A DNA stretch of 64,000 nt from Leucoraja ocellata (GCA_036785375.1 JAWMAR010000134.1:62001-126000); one strand, 5' to 3'; positions 13,057 to 26,518 are shown, numbered from the stretch's first letter. The notes: generated from the sequence alone by a model not told the origin. Numbers and translations are program-made.

Positions 13057-14402
13057 AGGGCCTGTCCCACGAGCATGCGACTGCATGCGGCAAGCGCGAC
13101 CAAACAGGAAGCGGGGACCGCTCTGAGGTCGAGTGATCCCTGTACAGGGCCGGTCCCACCAGCATGCGAATGCATAGATAGATAGATAGAATTTATTTGC
13201 CACACAACCAGGGTCGGTGGAATTTGGGTTGTCTGCAGCGGTACAATAATAAAGAACACACAACCACAATAAAAATGTAACACAAACATCCACCACAGCA
13301 TTCATCACTGTGGTGGAAGGCACAAAATTTGGCCAGTCCTCCTCCATTTCTCCCCCGTGGACAGGACCAGAGTCAGTCCAGGATCGACTCTTCCTCACTG
13401 GAGACCGCGGCTTTAAGTTGGTGTAGGCCGCAGGCTGGCGGTCGAGATTTAAAGTCTCCGCCGCAGCCCTAAGCACCATAGACTGCAGGGCCGGCGGTCG
13501 AAGCCTCCTCCAGGGGTGATGTTAAGTTCACGCCGGGCCCGAGGTAGAAGTTGGCCGCGGGCTGGCAGTGGAGGCTTCTTCTTCCCCCCCGGGTCCCCCA
13601 CGAGGGATCCCGCGCTGTAGACGCTACACCAGCTGAAACTCTGCAGACCGCGACTTCAGGCTGCTGGCTGCTCCGGGCCAGCGAAAAGGAGCGCTCCCCT
13701 CCAGCGAGCCCCAGCGAGGGCTCACCCGCTCCACGACGAGAGTCCACGCTGCGCCCGCCGCTGAGCCCTGGGCGCATCTCCGGGAAAGGCCGCGCCGATC
13801 CTTGATGTTAGGCCACGGGGGAGACGACCTGGAAAAAGTCGCCTCTCCATGGAGGAGGCGACCGAAGCGGTTTCCCCCTTACCCCACCCCCCACACCACC
13901 CCCCACACAAAACACACCGAGAAACATCAAACACATACTTTAAAATATACTAAAAAAAAAAAGTTGAAAAAATTAACGCGCTGCTGACATGGCTGCTGCC
14001 AGAGCAGCACCCCCTGATGTAATGCGGCGAGCGCGACAAACCCGTGCGGCGAGTGCGACAAACACGAAGTGGGGAGGTCGAGGGAGTGACATGAAGTTCG
14101 AGCGAAGTCCGCGCGTGACGTACGGCATCAAGACAGTGCATACGGCGTCGCGGCGGTGCGTACGCCAGTCGAGGCAGTATGTACGGCCTCAATGCGGCTG
14201 CGGGCCGGCAGGCCGTTGCCGCGTGGAATGTTTTGAACACTGTCATTTTTCTAGACCCCCGCGCGATGTCGGGACCAGCTCCGCACAATTCCATACGGCT
14301 CCACCGATCGAAGTGGGACCGGCCCCACGAGGCCGTACGACTCAAGCGACCACGTTAGGTCGCGCTTGCCGCATGCAGCTGCATGCACGTGGGACAGGTC
14401 CT
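13057..14402. mobile_element. PIF/Harbinger-type MITE inserted between the A and B boxes of the SINE
   Basis: TIRs AGGGCCTGTCCCACGAGCATGC.../...GCATGCACGTGGGACAGGTCCT; TWA flanks (tta/taa). Confidence 0.85.
13175..14013 (-). mobile_element. Non-autonomous retroelement with Rex/Babar-type 3' tail, nested in the MITE
   Basis: Minus strand ends AATAAATTC(TATC)n; GC-rich body; 3' stem-loop tccaccacag/ctgtggtgga shared with 15461, 19450 and 28103. Confidence 0.7.
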
Positions 14403-14440
14403 TAACATTGCCAGAGACCCGGGTTCGATCCTGACAATAG

Positions 14441-14566
14441 GTAGGAAAGAACTGCAGATGCTGGTTTAAATCGAAGGTAGATGCAAAATGCTGGAGTAAC
14501 TCAGTGGGACAGGCAGCATCTCTGGAGAGATGGAATGGGTGATGTTTCGGGTTGAGACCCTTCTGA
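14441..14566 (-). mobile_element. Single-arm Penelope-derived pLTR fragment
   Basis: gaactgcagatgctgg...ggtgatgtttcgggttgagaccctt. Confidence 0.75.
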
Positions 14567-15171
14567 CAATGGGTGCTGTCTGTATGGAGTGTGTATGCTT
14601 TCCCTGTGATGACGTGGGTTTTATCCAGGTGCTCCGGCTTCCTCACATTCCAAAGACAACAGGATTGTTGTTTTTATCTGTAAATTATAAATTGTCGCTC
14701 GTGTGTAGGATAGGGCTAGTGTACGTGGTGGTCAGTGCAGACTCGGTGGGCTGAAGGGCCTGTTTCCACACTACCACTAAAGTCTACATTGAAGACCCAT
14801 GGAAGAGAATAATATTTTAGCTACTTATTTAATATTTTACAGGTCCATCCCTGGTTATGGCAGGGTTCCGTTCCTGGGAACTGTTTGGAACACAAACAGT
14901 TCGCAAGTCAGAAATACAGTCACAAAATGAGTTCCTGCGCAGCAGGTAACATCTGCAGAGATCGGTTGTCTCATTAGAATAGGTAGTCCAGAGAAGCTTT
15001 TTCATTCTGGTTTTGCCATTTTTAATAATAAAGCTGATATTAACAAATTCAGCCCGAACCTGTATCAGCCTGATAATTAAAATATTTTACTGAAGACAAC
15101 ATTTTAAATGCTACTGGCAGTTTAAAAAAAGACACTTCCGTTGGCCTGAACGGTGAGTCTCCCGACAAATA

Positions 15172-15355
15172 TTATAGGCAATAGGTGCACGAGTAGGCCA
15201 TGTGATCATGGCTGATCATCCACAATCAGTACCCCGTTCCTGCCTTCTCCCCATATCCCTTGACTCCGCTATCATTAAGAGCTCTATCTAACTCTCTCTT
15301 GAAAGCATCCAGAGAATTGGCCTCCACTGCCTTATGAGGCAGAGAATTCCACAGA
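15172..15355 (-). mobile_element. CR1 3' end
   Basis: Matches the reverse complement of the CR1 3' end at 36740-36935 (atcatggctgatcatccacaatcagtaccccg). Confidence 0.8.
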
Positions 15356-15617
15356 GGGCCAAAATGCTGCCGGCTATGGGAGTCAAGATCGTCCCGTCAA
15401 CGGAAGGCTCGAGGCCCCCGACCGTGGGAGAACAAAGGGAAGAGACTTGAACTTTATTTCGCCTTCCACAATGAGGAATGTGTAGGAGTCACTGTGGTGG
15501 ATGTTCATGTTAAAATGTGTTTTGGGTACAATGTATTTGTATGACTGACTTTGCAAATGAAATTCCTCGTATGTTGCAAAACATACTTGGCAAATAAAGC
15601 ACTATTCTGATTCTGAT
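15356..15617 (+). mobile_element. Non-autonomous Rex-tail element, 3' part
   Basis: gccttccacaatgaggaatg...ctgtggtggatgtt stem-loop, AATAAA and (attctg)n tail. Confidence 0.6.
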
Positions 15618-16270
15618 AATAAATTCACCTGTTTCTCTCTTCAATGGTCCAGCTTTGGTATTAACTATTTTTTTCCTCTACCACCTTTTTTCCTTTACCT
15701 AAAGAAGCTTTTTCTATCCTCCTTTATATTCTTGGCTAGCTTCCCTTCGCATCTCACCTTTTCTCCACATATTGCCTCTTTAGTTATCTTCTGTTGTTCT
15801 TTGAAAGTTTCCTAATCCTCTGGCTTCCCACTCATCTTTGCTATGTTATACTTCCCTTTTATTTTTATAGTGTCCTTGACTTCCCTTCTCGAAATGGACA
15901 TCATTGTATTAACTAGCATGTACAGTATTCTTCCTGGATTTGAAATGACAAAATTCCAGTTAGTTAAGAATAGTTGGCAAATCCATCCCACCTGCCTGCC
16001 AAACACTCGTTTGTAGGCACGGGGTATGCATAATTCAGGCCTTGATGAAGAGGGGCAACCTCTCCAGTGGACAAAGTAAAGATTAAAATACGATTAAAGT
16101 AAATGTTCAAATAATGGAAATAAAGCATTTTATTTTTTTCATTTAAAAATCCATTGACCTACAAATATTTTATACTTTAATATTTGATATTGTCGAAGCA
16201 CACACTCAACAGGTCAGGCTGAACCTGCTGAGAGAGCAAGCACTGAGTTAAAATTTCACATTAATGACCA

Positions 16271-17128
16271 GACAACGATGAGAAGGCCTACCGGGAGGAG
16301 GTGGCTGATCTAGCACTCTGGTGCCAGGATAACGGCCTCCTCTTGAACATCAAAAAAACGAAGGAGCTGATCATGGACTTTAGGAGGGCACATCATCCGA
16401 GGACGTACACTCCATTGAGGATAAATGGGGATCCTGTGGATAGGGTGAACTGTTTTAAATATCTGGGAGTCCACATCTCTGAGGATATGACATGGGCATC
16501 ACACGCCTCAGCACTCGTGAGTAAGGCAAGGCAGCGCCTTTACCACCTCAGGCAATTGAGGAAATTCAGAGTGTCTCCGAGGATCCTCCAGTGCTTCAAC
16601 GCAGCGGCGGTGGAAAGCATCTTGTCCGGGAACATTACCATCTGGTTCGGGAATTGCTCTGCCAAGGACAAGAAGGCTCTGCAGAGAGTAGTGCGTTCGG
16701 CCGAACGCACTATGGGAACTTCACTCACCCCCCTGCAGGAACTATACAACAGGAGGTGCAACTCCAGAGCAAACAAAATCATGGGAGACCCCTTCCACCC
16801 CTGCAACGGACTGTTCCAGCTGCTACGGTCAGGCAAACGCCTCCGTTGCCATGCGGTGAGAACAGAGAGGTTGAGAAGGAGTTTCTTCCCAGAGGCAATT
16901 CGGACTGTAAACGCCTATCTCACCAGGGACTAACTACTGAACGTTTTTCCTTCCATTATTTATTATGTAAAATAATATGTGTGTTATGATTGTGTTTATA
17001 ATTTGTTTGGTTGTTTTGTTGTTTGTCTTTTGCACAAAAGTCCGTGAGCATTGCCACTTTCATTTCACTGCACATCTCGTATGTGTATGTGACAAATAAA
17101 CTTGACTTGACTTGACTTGACTTGACTT
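16271..17128 (+). mobile_element. 5'-truncated Rex1/Babar LINE (RT C-terminal ORF 16301-16933)
   Basis: WCQDNGLLLNIKKTKELIMDFRR, FKYLGVHI, KARQRLYHLRQL, RRSFFPEAIR; AATAAA followed by (CTTGA)5 tail. Confidence 0.9.
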
Positions 17129-17282
17129 ACATCAAATGAAGGATATGTTCAAAAGCAATTATTAATTGAATCATTCACTCAGTTTGTCTCTACAGATGCT
17201 GCCAGATATGCTGAGCATTTCCTGCATTATCTCTTTATATTGCAGACTTCCAGCATATGCAGTTTTTTGGTTTTCAATTAAA

Positions 17283-18510
17283 ACTAGACCAAGTGGGACC
17301 CTTTGGGTCGCTGTCACACGGGAGGGCTGGTCCCCCAACGCAATATTCCACCACTCACCCATAGCCCCCAACTGCGCAGGCATGGCGGACGGGTTCCTGT
17401 TGTGACGCCAGAGATCCCCGTTGTGATGCGTCATGGCAACCCTCCCCAACTGCGCCTCGCCATCCCTCTTCCTACCTTTATCCTCCATTTCCCTCATTCC
17501 CAGCACTCCCTCCTCCTCCTCTTCACCGTCCCTCTTCTTTCCCCTCTCCTCCTCTCCCTTCCCTCACCCCTCCCTCCCCTTTCCCCTACCCCCTCTCCTT
17601 TCCCCTACCCTCAGTCACTCCCTCCCTCCCTAGCCCCCTCTCTCTCTATCTCCCCCCCCTCCCTCCCCACTCCTCACCTCCCCTATCCCACCCCCACACT
17701 GCCTCCCGACCTCCCCCACTGCCCTCCTCTCCCTCTATCCCCGACCCTACCTCCCCTACTCCCCCCCTCTCCCTCTATCCTCCCCCACTCTCTGTCCTCA
17801 CCTGCCCCACTTTCCCCTCCCTACCCTCCTCCTCTCCCTCTATCCCCCTGCTCCCCCACTACTCACCTCCCCCCCCCCTACTCCCTCCCTCACCCCTCCC
17901 TCCCTCTCCCCTGCCCCCTCTCCTTTCCACTACCCTCGGTCACTCCCTCCCTCCATAGCCCTCTCTCTCCTCCCTAGCCCCCTCCTCTCCCCCTGCTCCC
18001 TCACCTCTTCCCTGTCCCATCCACACTCTCCCTCCCGACCTCCCCCACTGCCCTCCTCTCCCTCTGTCCCCCACCCTATCTGCTCCCCTACTCCTCACTT
18101 CCCCTCTATCCCAACCGCCCACAATGAAAATCACGATGTTTTTTTTTAAATGANNNNNNNNNNNNNNNNNNNNNNNNNNNNNNNNNNNNNNNNNNNNNNN
18201 NNNNNNNNNNNNNNNNNNNNNNNNNNNNNNNNNNNNNNNNNNNNNNNNNNNNNNNNNNNNNNNNNNNNNNNNNNNNNNNNNNNNNNNNNNNNNNNNNNNN
18301 NNNNNNNNNNNNNNNGTTAAATTGAATTTTTTAATGTAAATTAAATTCGGGATCCCGTTGTGAGGTGGAACGCTGGTGACGAGCAGGGCAAAAAGGAAAA
18401 GAGGTTTTGTAAAGCGGGTTTTGTACAGTTTAAAATGTTAATAACTTGTAAAATATGGCGTCAATCTGAATGAATCTTAATTTACATTACGGGACAATGG
18501 TGAGTAAGGC
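17283..18510 (-). mobile_element. Non-autonomous Helitron-like element (3' end at left; 5' end probably in the gap)
   Basis: Minus strand ends GACCC-AAA-GGGTC hairpin, CCACTTGGT, CTAG|T, the canonical Helitron 3' signature; C-rich minisatellite interior. Confidence 0.65.
18154..18315. other. Assembly gap
   Basis: Run of N. Confidence 1.
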
Positions 18511-18679
18511 NNNNNNNNNNNNNNNNNNNNNNNNNNNNNNNNNNNNNNNNNNNNNNNNNNNNNNNNNNNNNNNNNNNNNNNNNNNNNNNNNNNNNNNNNN
18601 NNNNNNNNNNNNNNNNNNNNNNNNNNNNNNNNNNNNNNNNNNNNNNNNNNNNNNNNNNNNNNNNNNNNNNNNNNNNNNN
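18511..18679. other. Assembly gap
   Basis: Run of N. Confidence 1.
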
Positions 18680-19414
18680 ACAGTATATGTTTTACTGAAG
18701 GCCTTGCAACTGCTAAATTCCATAGTGCTCATAGCCCAAAGCCTAAAGTGCCATTGAATCCGCCTTACAGACTTTTATTGATTCTTTGAAGATAAATATT
18801 GAGGAAGTAAGGGAACCACTGTAAAAAGGCTGCAGGTCATGGGTGGCCTCGGCATTACTCAAGGAGTGTTCAGATCCTTGCTCAAGATTTCAACATCTGT
18901 AGTCTTTACTTCTCTACAATCAATGCCTTATACTGTAGGTATCCCTATGAGCTCAAATGGAATCAGATTTATGTCCTTATAGTTTTCTCCTTGTAATTAC
19001 ACATTTTAATGCCAGATGTGAAGCACGGAACTAGCCACGGTAGAAATGTGGAACTAAAGTGAAGCAGACCTACAGCTTGTGCATTGTGGTATAATACACT
19101 CACAAAAAGTAAAAGTCAGTTGAGTTGAAAGCTGGATGGTTGTTCATTTATGGAGAATAAATGAAGGGTAAAGTGTGACAATACCTTCAGCAATCTGTTA
19201 CTCCACATATTAAATTACATTTCACCATCATCTTTAGAATGCATGTTTCTGACCAAGATATTAATTTTCACGCACTTCCCGACCAATATCCCCTCTCTCT
19301 CACCATGCTCTGCGCACCATCTAATTGCAATCTGATGTTGTTGTTCCATTGCTCAAGAATGATAAATTAGCATGCAGTTAATTTAAAAAGAATAATTTTA
19401 GAATAACTATAGAA

Positions 19415-19610
19415 TAAGGAGGGGAAGAGACAGTGACTTTAAGACTTTTGCCTCCATCACAGTGAGGAGGTGTCTGGTGAACTCTTTGTGGTGGATGTTA
19501 ATTTGTGTTTATTGTGTGTTTTGTTGTTTATTATTATATGTATGACTGCAGGCAACAACATTTCGTTCAGACTGAAAGGTCTGAATGACAAATAAAGGAT
19601 CTAATCTAAG
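19415..19610 (+). mobile_element. 3' end of non-autonomous Rex-tail element
   Basis: gcctccatcacagtgaggagg...tgtggtggatgtt stem-loop; gacaaataaaggatctaatct tail. Confidence 0.6.
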
Positions 19611-20899
19611 AATTGAAATGGTGAAAGTGGACTACAGCATTTGTGATTCATTTGTTGGAATATTACATCAAATAGAGTAATGAAAACATTCACATTGCAT
19701 TTGACGGCTGTATTAGTAAAGCTAAGGTATGAAAAATTAGGAATAGAATGCATGTAGATTAATGCTGATTTCTTCAATCACGTTCCTAAGAAAAATCAGT
19801 CGAACATTTTCGAGTAGCAGCTTTGGCTGCAGTGTCTATTTCAACGTTACATAAAATTTGTATGTTGCTCTCCCTTTCTCTCTGTAGTAATCTTTCTCTC
19901 TGTAGTAATACATACTTTCACATCCATATTTATCTGCAGCAAGCCAAAAAAAATCCAGATGATTTTTCATAACTAATGCGTTATTGAATCATCATTGCCA
20001 ACAGTACATGGATCTATTTTGATAAAGAAATTTGTTCTCTTTAAAAATGTGTTTGACTTGATATTTTTGGATTGTTTAAAATACATTTAAATTATTCATT
20101 AATTTAAGTATATTTAGAATAATGGCTTTGTATTAACCATTGCTGAAACAAGTCTTTGTTGACTTCACTTGCATATTATATAAACATTTGCAAAATTTAC
20201 TATTCAAAACTTGTAGGAGTGTGAGTAAATGTTATATCAAAATTTGCACAACCCCCTTTGCCAAAATTGCCATACCACAATTTTCTATTATTCAAGGTTT
20301 TTTCAGGAATGTAACCAAACCATTATTGCAGAACTACCTGTATTTGACAGCCAACAAAAAGTATTACCAATCTTCTGCCGGCTTCTGAAACCATGCAGGA
20401 CTTTGAAAGTTCTCTCTCACATTTTGAAAAAAAAAACAAAGATTGTTAACAATCAATTATTCAGAAAATTAAAGATGTTATAAAATGAATTTGTTTAAAA
20501 TACATTCAAACAATTTTCAATTTCACATTTTCAATAATAGATAATTACCTTATTACACTGCACCTTTCTCCTCCATTCAAATTAATGGGATAATTACAAC
20601 TAAAATATATCATTGTATGAATAAATTTGGGAAATCGCTGGTGCAGTCAAGTCAGCAAATTTATTCATGCTGAAGTCCAAAACGTCCTGGACTGAAGCAG
20701 GTCGCAGACAGACTAGAACTGCCCGAATTGCACAGCTAATCAAGAAAATTCATAACAAATATTCAGAATTGTGAAGATGCATAAGCTCATTTATAACATT
20801 CAGGCCATTGCAATCACTGAATTCTGCTCTGCTATAATAAGGAGGCTGTCTGCTTTTTCAAAAATATGTTCCCAATCATCAATAAATCTTCTTCTGCAG

Positions 20900-21298
20900 A
20901 AGAGGTGCCAGAATGCTGCCTTGGTTAGAGGGTATTTGCTATATGGAGAGGTTTGACAAACTGGTATTGTTTTCTCCAGAGCTTCAAAGACTGAGGGGAA
21001 AGACTAGGTATATAAAAAAGAAGGGGCTCGACCCAAAACATCACACATTCCTTCTCTCCAGAGATGCTCCCTGTCCCGCTGAGTTACTCCAGCATTTAGT
21101 GTGTACCTTAGGTATATAAAATTATAAGTCGTAGGGTAGACAGTCAGAACCATTTCCCCATGAAATGTCAAAGACTAAAGGGCATAACTTTAAAGTGAGA
21201 GGCAAAGTTTAAAGGAGATTTTATTTTAACAGACAGGAGCCAGGAGCTGCTGCTGGGTGTGGTGGTGCAGACACGATAATGGTGTTTAAGAGGCTTTT
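20900..21298 (+). mobile_element. CR1 3' fragment carrying a single Penelope arm (21018-21108)
   Basis: atggagaggtttgacaaactggtattgttttctc; insert gaaggggctcgacccaaaacatc...ttactccagc flanked by duplicated taggtatataaaa. Confidence 0.65.
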
Positions 21299-21314
21299 AC
21301 AGTGCATTCAGAAA

Positions 21315-23788
21315 GTACTCGACCTCCATCCTTGCCTCTTCCCTCTCTCTGATCATAAGCTTATACGGTTCACCATCCCTTCTCCAACACCTCGCCCCCG
21401 CTTCCTCCGAGAATCTAAAATCCATTGATCCCCACCATCTCTCTGACCTGCTCTCCACCACTCTCCCCCTGGACTCAACCCCCATCTCACCTGATGATCT
21501 CACAAACCATCTCAACTCCACCTTGTCTACCTCCCTTAACACTATGCCCCCCCTCAAAACAAGAACCGTAACTTTCAACACTTCTTCACCTTGGTACACG
21601 CCTGCACTTTGTAAACTGAAACAGACTGGTCGCCGACTTGAACGACTCACAAATAAATCATCTGTCACAGTCCACCTTGAAGCTTACAAACTCCACCTTA
21701 CTGACTACAAAGATGCCCTCATTGCTGCAAAATCTGCCTACCTCTCCTCCATATTCACCGATCCCTGCCTAAACCACAGAACCCTCTTCTCAACAGTGGG
21801 CAACCTCCTCAAGCCTCGAGCCAACACTCTCCCTACCTCTACTCCGGATCTCTGCAACTCATTCCTCCACTTTTTCGCTGATAAAATCAGCACCATCTAT
21901 CAATCTTTATCCCCTGTACCCGACTCCCCAGCATCTACTCCACCACCTACCAAGGCCCCCCTTTCAACATCTCCACTGACCTCCTTACCCCTCCTCCACA
22001 CTGCTTCCTCTCCCAGTTTGACCTGATCACCCCTATTGAAATCTCCAAACTCATCAGCTCTTCCAAACCCACTACCTGCTCCCTCGACCCTCTCCCCACT
22101 CCCCTGCATGAGTCCTGCCTCCCCGTTCTCTGCCCCTACCTCACTAATCTCTTCAACTCCTCATTGTCCCAAGGAATTGTCCCCTCCGCTTTCAAAACTG
22201 CTGCTGTTACACCAATCTTAAAGAAACCTGGTCTTGATCCCTCCTCTCTCATGAACTATCGCCCAATCTCAAACCTCCCCTTTCTTTCAAAAATCCTGGA
22301 GCGTATCGTTGCATCGCAACTTCATTCCCACCTCCTTGCGTATAACCTACTTGAACCCCTCCAATCTGGCTTTCGCCCCCTCCATAGCACAGAAACTGCT
22401 CTCCTCAAAGTCCTCAACGACCTCCTCACCTCTGCTGACATCGGTTCACTCAACATCCTCATCCTCCTCGACCTGAGCGCAGCCTTCGATACAGTGAACC
22501 ATAACATCCTGCTCACCAGACTCAAAGACCTCAGCATTGAAGGCTCTGCACTCAGCTGGCTCCGTTCCTACCTTTCCAACAGATCCCACTTCATCTCTCT
22601 CCACAACCACACCTCTGCTACAGCCACAGTCACTCAAGGCATTCCCCAAGGCTCCGTACTCGGCCCCCTCCACTTCATCATCTACATCCTCCCCCTTGGT
22701 CAGATACTCTGCCACTTCAACCTGGACTTCCACTGTTACGCTGATGACACCCAGATCTACCTCGGCACCACAACCCCCCCCCCTCTCCCATATCAACTCC
22801 TGTTTGTCAGCTATAAAAACCTGGATGCAACATAATTTCCTCAAACTCAACAGCGATATGACAGAATTCCTCCTCATAGGCTCCAAATCCACACTCAGCA
22901 AAATCAATAACCCCACTCTCACCATCGACGGCACCACTGTCTCCCCATCTCCCCAGGCCCGCAACCTTGGCGTGATCTTTGATTCCACCCTCTCCCTTGA
23001 GCCTCACATCCGCAATGTCATTAAAACCTCCTTTCATCTCCGCAACATCGCCAAACTCTGACCCTCTCTCACACCTCCCACTGCTGAAAGACTCATCCAT
23101 GCCTTCATCTCCTCCCGACTAGACTACTGCAACTCACTTCTCCTTGGCATCAGCTCCACCTACATCAACCGACTCCAACTGGTCCAGAACGCAGCCGCCC
23201 GACTCATCACCCACACCAAATCCTGGCATCACATTACTCCAGTCCTCAAACAACTTCACTGGCTTCCCATCTCCCACCGGATCAACTACAAAATCCTGAT
23301 CCTCACCTACAAAGCCCTCCACCATCTGGCCCCCCCCAAATCTCACTGACCTCCTCTCCCCCTACCAACCCTCACGGTCCCTCAGATCCACATCTGCCGG
23401 TCTCCTCTCCATCCACATATCCAACCTCCGCAGTTTTGGGGACAGAGCCTTCTCCAGGGCAGCTCCCAGGCTCTGGAACTCCCTCCCCCAACTGATCCGC
23501 AATTCCGTGTCCCTCACCATCTTCCAGTCCTGCCTCAAGACCCATCTCTTCACCTCTGCCTATCCTTAGCCCCACGTCCCCCTCCCTTTTCATCTGTGCA
23601 TTAATTGCCTCATATTGTGTTTTGTATTGAATTCTGTCTTTACTTTGTGTACTAGTCATGTCTCTACTATTTATTTCATTCCCCTTACATGTTTTTCTCT
23701 ACCTGCTAAATTTTTGTAAGGTGTCCTTGAGACTCTTGAAAGGCGCCCATAAAATAAAATGTAGTATTATTATTATTATTATTATTAC
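21315..23788 (+). mobile_element. 5'-truncated L2 LINE with frameshifted RT
   Basis: NYRPISNLPFLSKILE, QSGFR, LLDLSAAFDT, PQGSVLGP, YADDTQIY, LHWLP motifs; (TAT)n tail at ~23765-23788. Confidence 0.93.
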
Positions 23789-24509
23789 TGTAATGGGTAA
23801 GCAGAGTTGCAATGTTTTTCTCAGCTGGAGGACAATAACTCCAACAATATTGTTGTCACCTAGAATTGAACTAGTTGTGTACCTGATTGCCAGAATGGGC
23901 TTGAAACAACATTCTTCAGATTTAGATGTAGACAGCTGCCTTTTCATTAAACCTCTTTTAGCCACCATGTAGCTAAAAGAGCCAGCTGCCATTTAGCTAC
24001 CAAACTAATGAAACTGGAGAATTTATTCTGAGAATCTATATTGGGAATAATTTTATATACTACAACTTGAGCATGTGGTGAATTTGAAATATGTTAATTT
24101 GATTACTTTAAAAATGTGAATCTATACCAATAGAAAAGGAGACTTTTTAATTAGATCTGCTTTATGTGCCTTATTATTTATGACTTTGGGAAGCAGTCAG
24201 GGGCATGTAATGAAAAACTATACTTGCCCATCATTTGAGATAGACAGTTATTTTCTTGTGAATGCAATTTAAAAGGCTACTTGTCATCTAAACACAGAGA
24301 GCTTAATTATAAGGGCTCTGAAAATGGACTTGTGCAGTGCTGCAAAAGGTTCAGTCACTTCACAGTAGTGGTTAGGGTGAGTGAACATATTCTCAAATGC
24401 TACATCCCCCAGCCATGCCATTTGTCTCCGATACAATTCAGTGCAACACACCTTATTTCTTATCAAGCAACAATTCATATCAATAGATTTGTACACAATA
24501 TTCAAATGC

Positions 24510-24860
24510 ACCAACAAACAATCTACTGGATGAACTTTGTGGGTCAAGTAGTATCTGTGGAGGGAAATTAAGTAGACGTTTTGGGTCAGAATCCTTCGTC
24601 TATACTGAAGGAGTAGAGAGATGATGGTCAATTTAAAGAGGTGCGAGGGGAGGAGAGGGGAAAGAGCTGGAAAGCGATAGGTGGATCCACATGAGAAGAG
24701 ACTGATTGGCAGTCAGGTGGGGTGAGGAAAGGGTGGAAAAGGGGTTTCAGATGATGTAATGTGATTGGAAAGTTAAATAAAGCATGGAACCATAAAAGGG
24801 TGGGCAGATGGGAACGGTGGTGAGGGACAAATGTGTAGGCGATAGACAGGTGGAGTAGAT
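24510..24860 (-). mobile_element. Old Penelope pLTR fragment
   Basis: ctggatgaact...gtatctgtggaggg...gacgttttgggtcagaatccttc followed by a purine-rich body. Confidence 0.5.
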
Positions 24861-26518
24861 GGGGAGATTAAAAATGTGTGATGAGCTGGCATGGGTTGAA
24901 AAGAAGGGCGTTTGTGAGAGTACCAGTGTAGATCAGAAAGAGGGAAAGAGACAAAGGGGGATCAGGAACAACACATGCTTCGTAACCTTCATAATTGCTG
25001 CAAATCTCGCACTTGTCTCATTGGTTACACAACTGTTAAACCGTGATCAGCAAATCGCCCATAAATGTGTGATACTCCCCAGAAAAGTTTCCCTTTCCTT
25101 TGTAGTCCCACATAATTCCATGGTATCTGGTGTTGACTGGCAGGGCACAGGGGAAGTCATCATTTCAGTCAATGAAACGTACTTTGGGAGCAGTGTACAA
25201 CATGAAAACACAAGTAGATTGTGAGTTTAGAGCATGCATGCAAGAATGAATTTATATCTCAACCTGTTTTATGCTTTTATTGCCTCAACACAGCCTTCTC
25301 TCAAGTGCCTATTCAGTTGCCTTTTGAAAAAAACGATTGATTCTGCTTCTACCTCTCTATAAGCAATGAATTACAAATCATACTTACTCTTTTTTTAAGA
25401 AAGCTTTCCTCACTCCATATCTTTTGCCGTAAATTAAAAAAATATATCTAATGCTCCTCGAATCATTTGTTATCTGATCCTCTGTCATTTTTGCTCCAAA
25501 AAGAACAAGCCCAGTTTCTATTCCTATAGCTGCAACCACTCTTCTCTGGTACCATTCTAATTAATTGTTTTGTACCTCATTAGGACCTTTGCATACTTCC
25601 TGAAATGTACAGAATTAAATGCAACTATCATAAAATCATTGTCATACAGCATGGCCCACCAATTCATGGGAGAATTTGAATTGTGACTCGGGGAAGTCAG
25701 GGAAGCATTCGGTTTCCGAGATCAATCTTTTTCTATTGGTTTAAATGAACCATTATAATTGTAATATTTTTTTCCTTGGCTAACTGTTTAGGAAGCTTTA
25801 GGAAGCATGATAATTCAGAATTTATGATAAAGAATTCAAAGAAGAATTAGCTTTCCATAACTCAGAAATTAATCCCTGTGTCTAAAATATCCTTAAAGTA
25901 CTGCCAAGGGGATGGAAGGTTGAAACAGTTCCATTATGAGAAGGTAACATGCAATGGTTGAAATAATTTCATTTCTATAATGTGCTTTTTATCATACATC
26001 ACCAAATGTTTTCTCCATTAAAAATGGAATTTGCCAAAGCCTGGTGGCCAGTGTGTGAATGACTGTGTGTGAATGACAATGTCGGTAATGAAGATACAAT
26101 TGAAATATACACTCATTTAGATTCATTAGTCTTTCCAAATAGCAATTATAAAATTGTATATGCATTGATGAAATAATATTGGAAAACATATTGAATTATA
26201 AATGTACATTCCCAAATCCGTTTGTTTTATTTCTTAATCTGTTGAGCAGTTGAGTCAATTAATAAGATGTATTGTGTTCCAAATTATTTTAATGTTTAAA
26301 AGTGTTTTAGAATTTGTTCAAAATTGCTGGAACATTTTTAAATATTTACAAAAAGAGAAGGTAACAGATACTTGGGCTTCCCTTCAAAAACATGTATAAT
26401 ATAAAACCCTCACGTAAATACATTTCAAATTCATAATTGCAAACGTTTTTAAATTTTTACTGTCACATAGAAAACCTGGCAGCCAATTTGCACACAGGAA
26501 GTTTACATAAACAGGAAA

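Larger units (their letters stand above)
13019..14780 (+). mobile_element. tRNA-derived V-SINE (HE1-like), interrupted by 13057-14402 and 14441-14566
   Basis: A box tggcacagcag (13030), B box gttcgatcc (~14423), V-domain gtgggttttatccaggtgctccggcttcctcacattccaaagac, CR1-type tail gggctgaagggcctgtttcc. Confidence 0.85.

Noticed and set aside
13054-14405. TTAA on both sides suggesting piggyBac/Kolobok
   Set aside because: Related elements at 3700, 39244 and 45317 show a 3-bp TAA duplication, favouring PIF/Harbinger.
14840-15063. Tigger-like MITE starting TA|CAGGTCCATCCC
   Set aside because: The left end is suggestive but the right TIR matches only about 7 nt.
17303-17977. 224-aa Pro/Ser/Leu-rich ORF (also 222-670)
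   Set aside because: Translation of C-rich low-complexity DNA.
18470-18757. ORFs spanning N runs
   Set aside because: Artefacts of an assembly gap.
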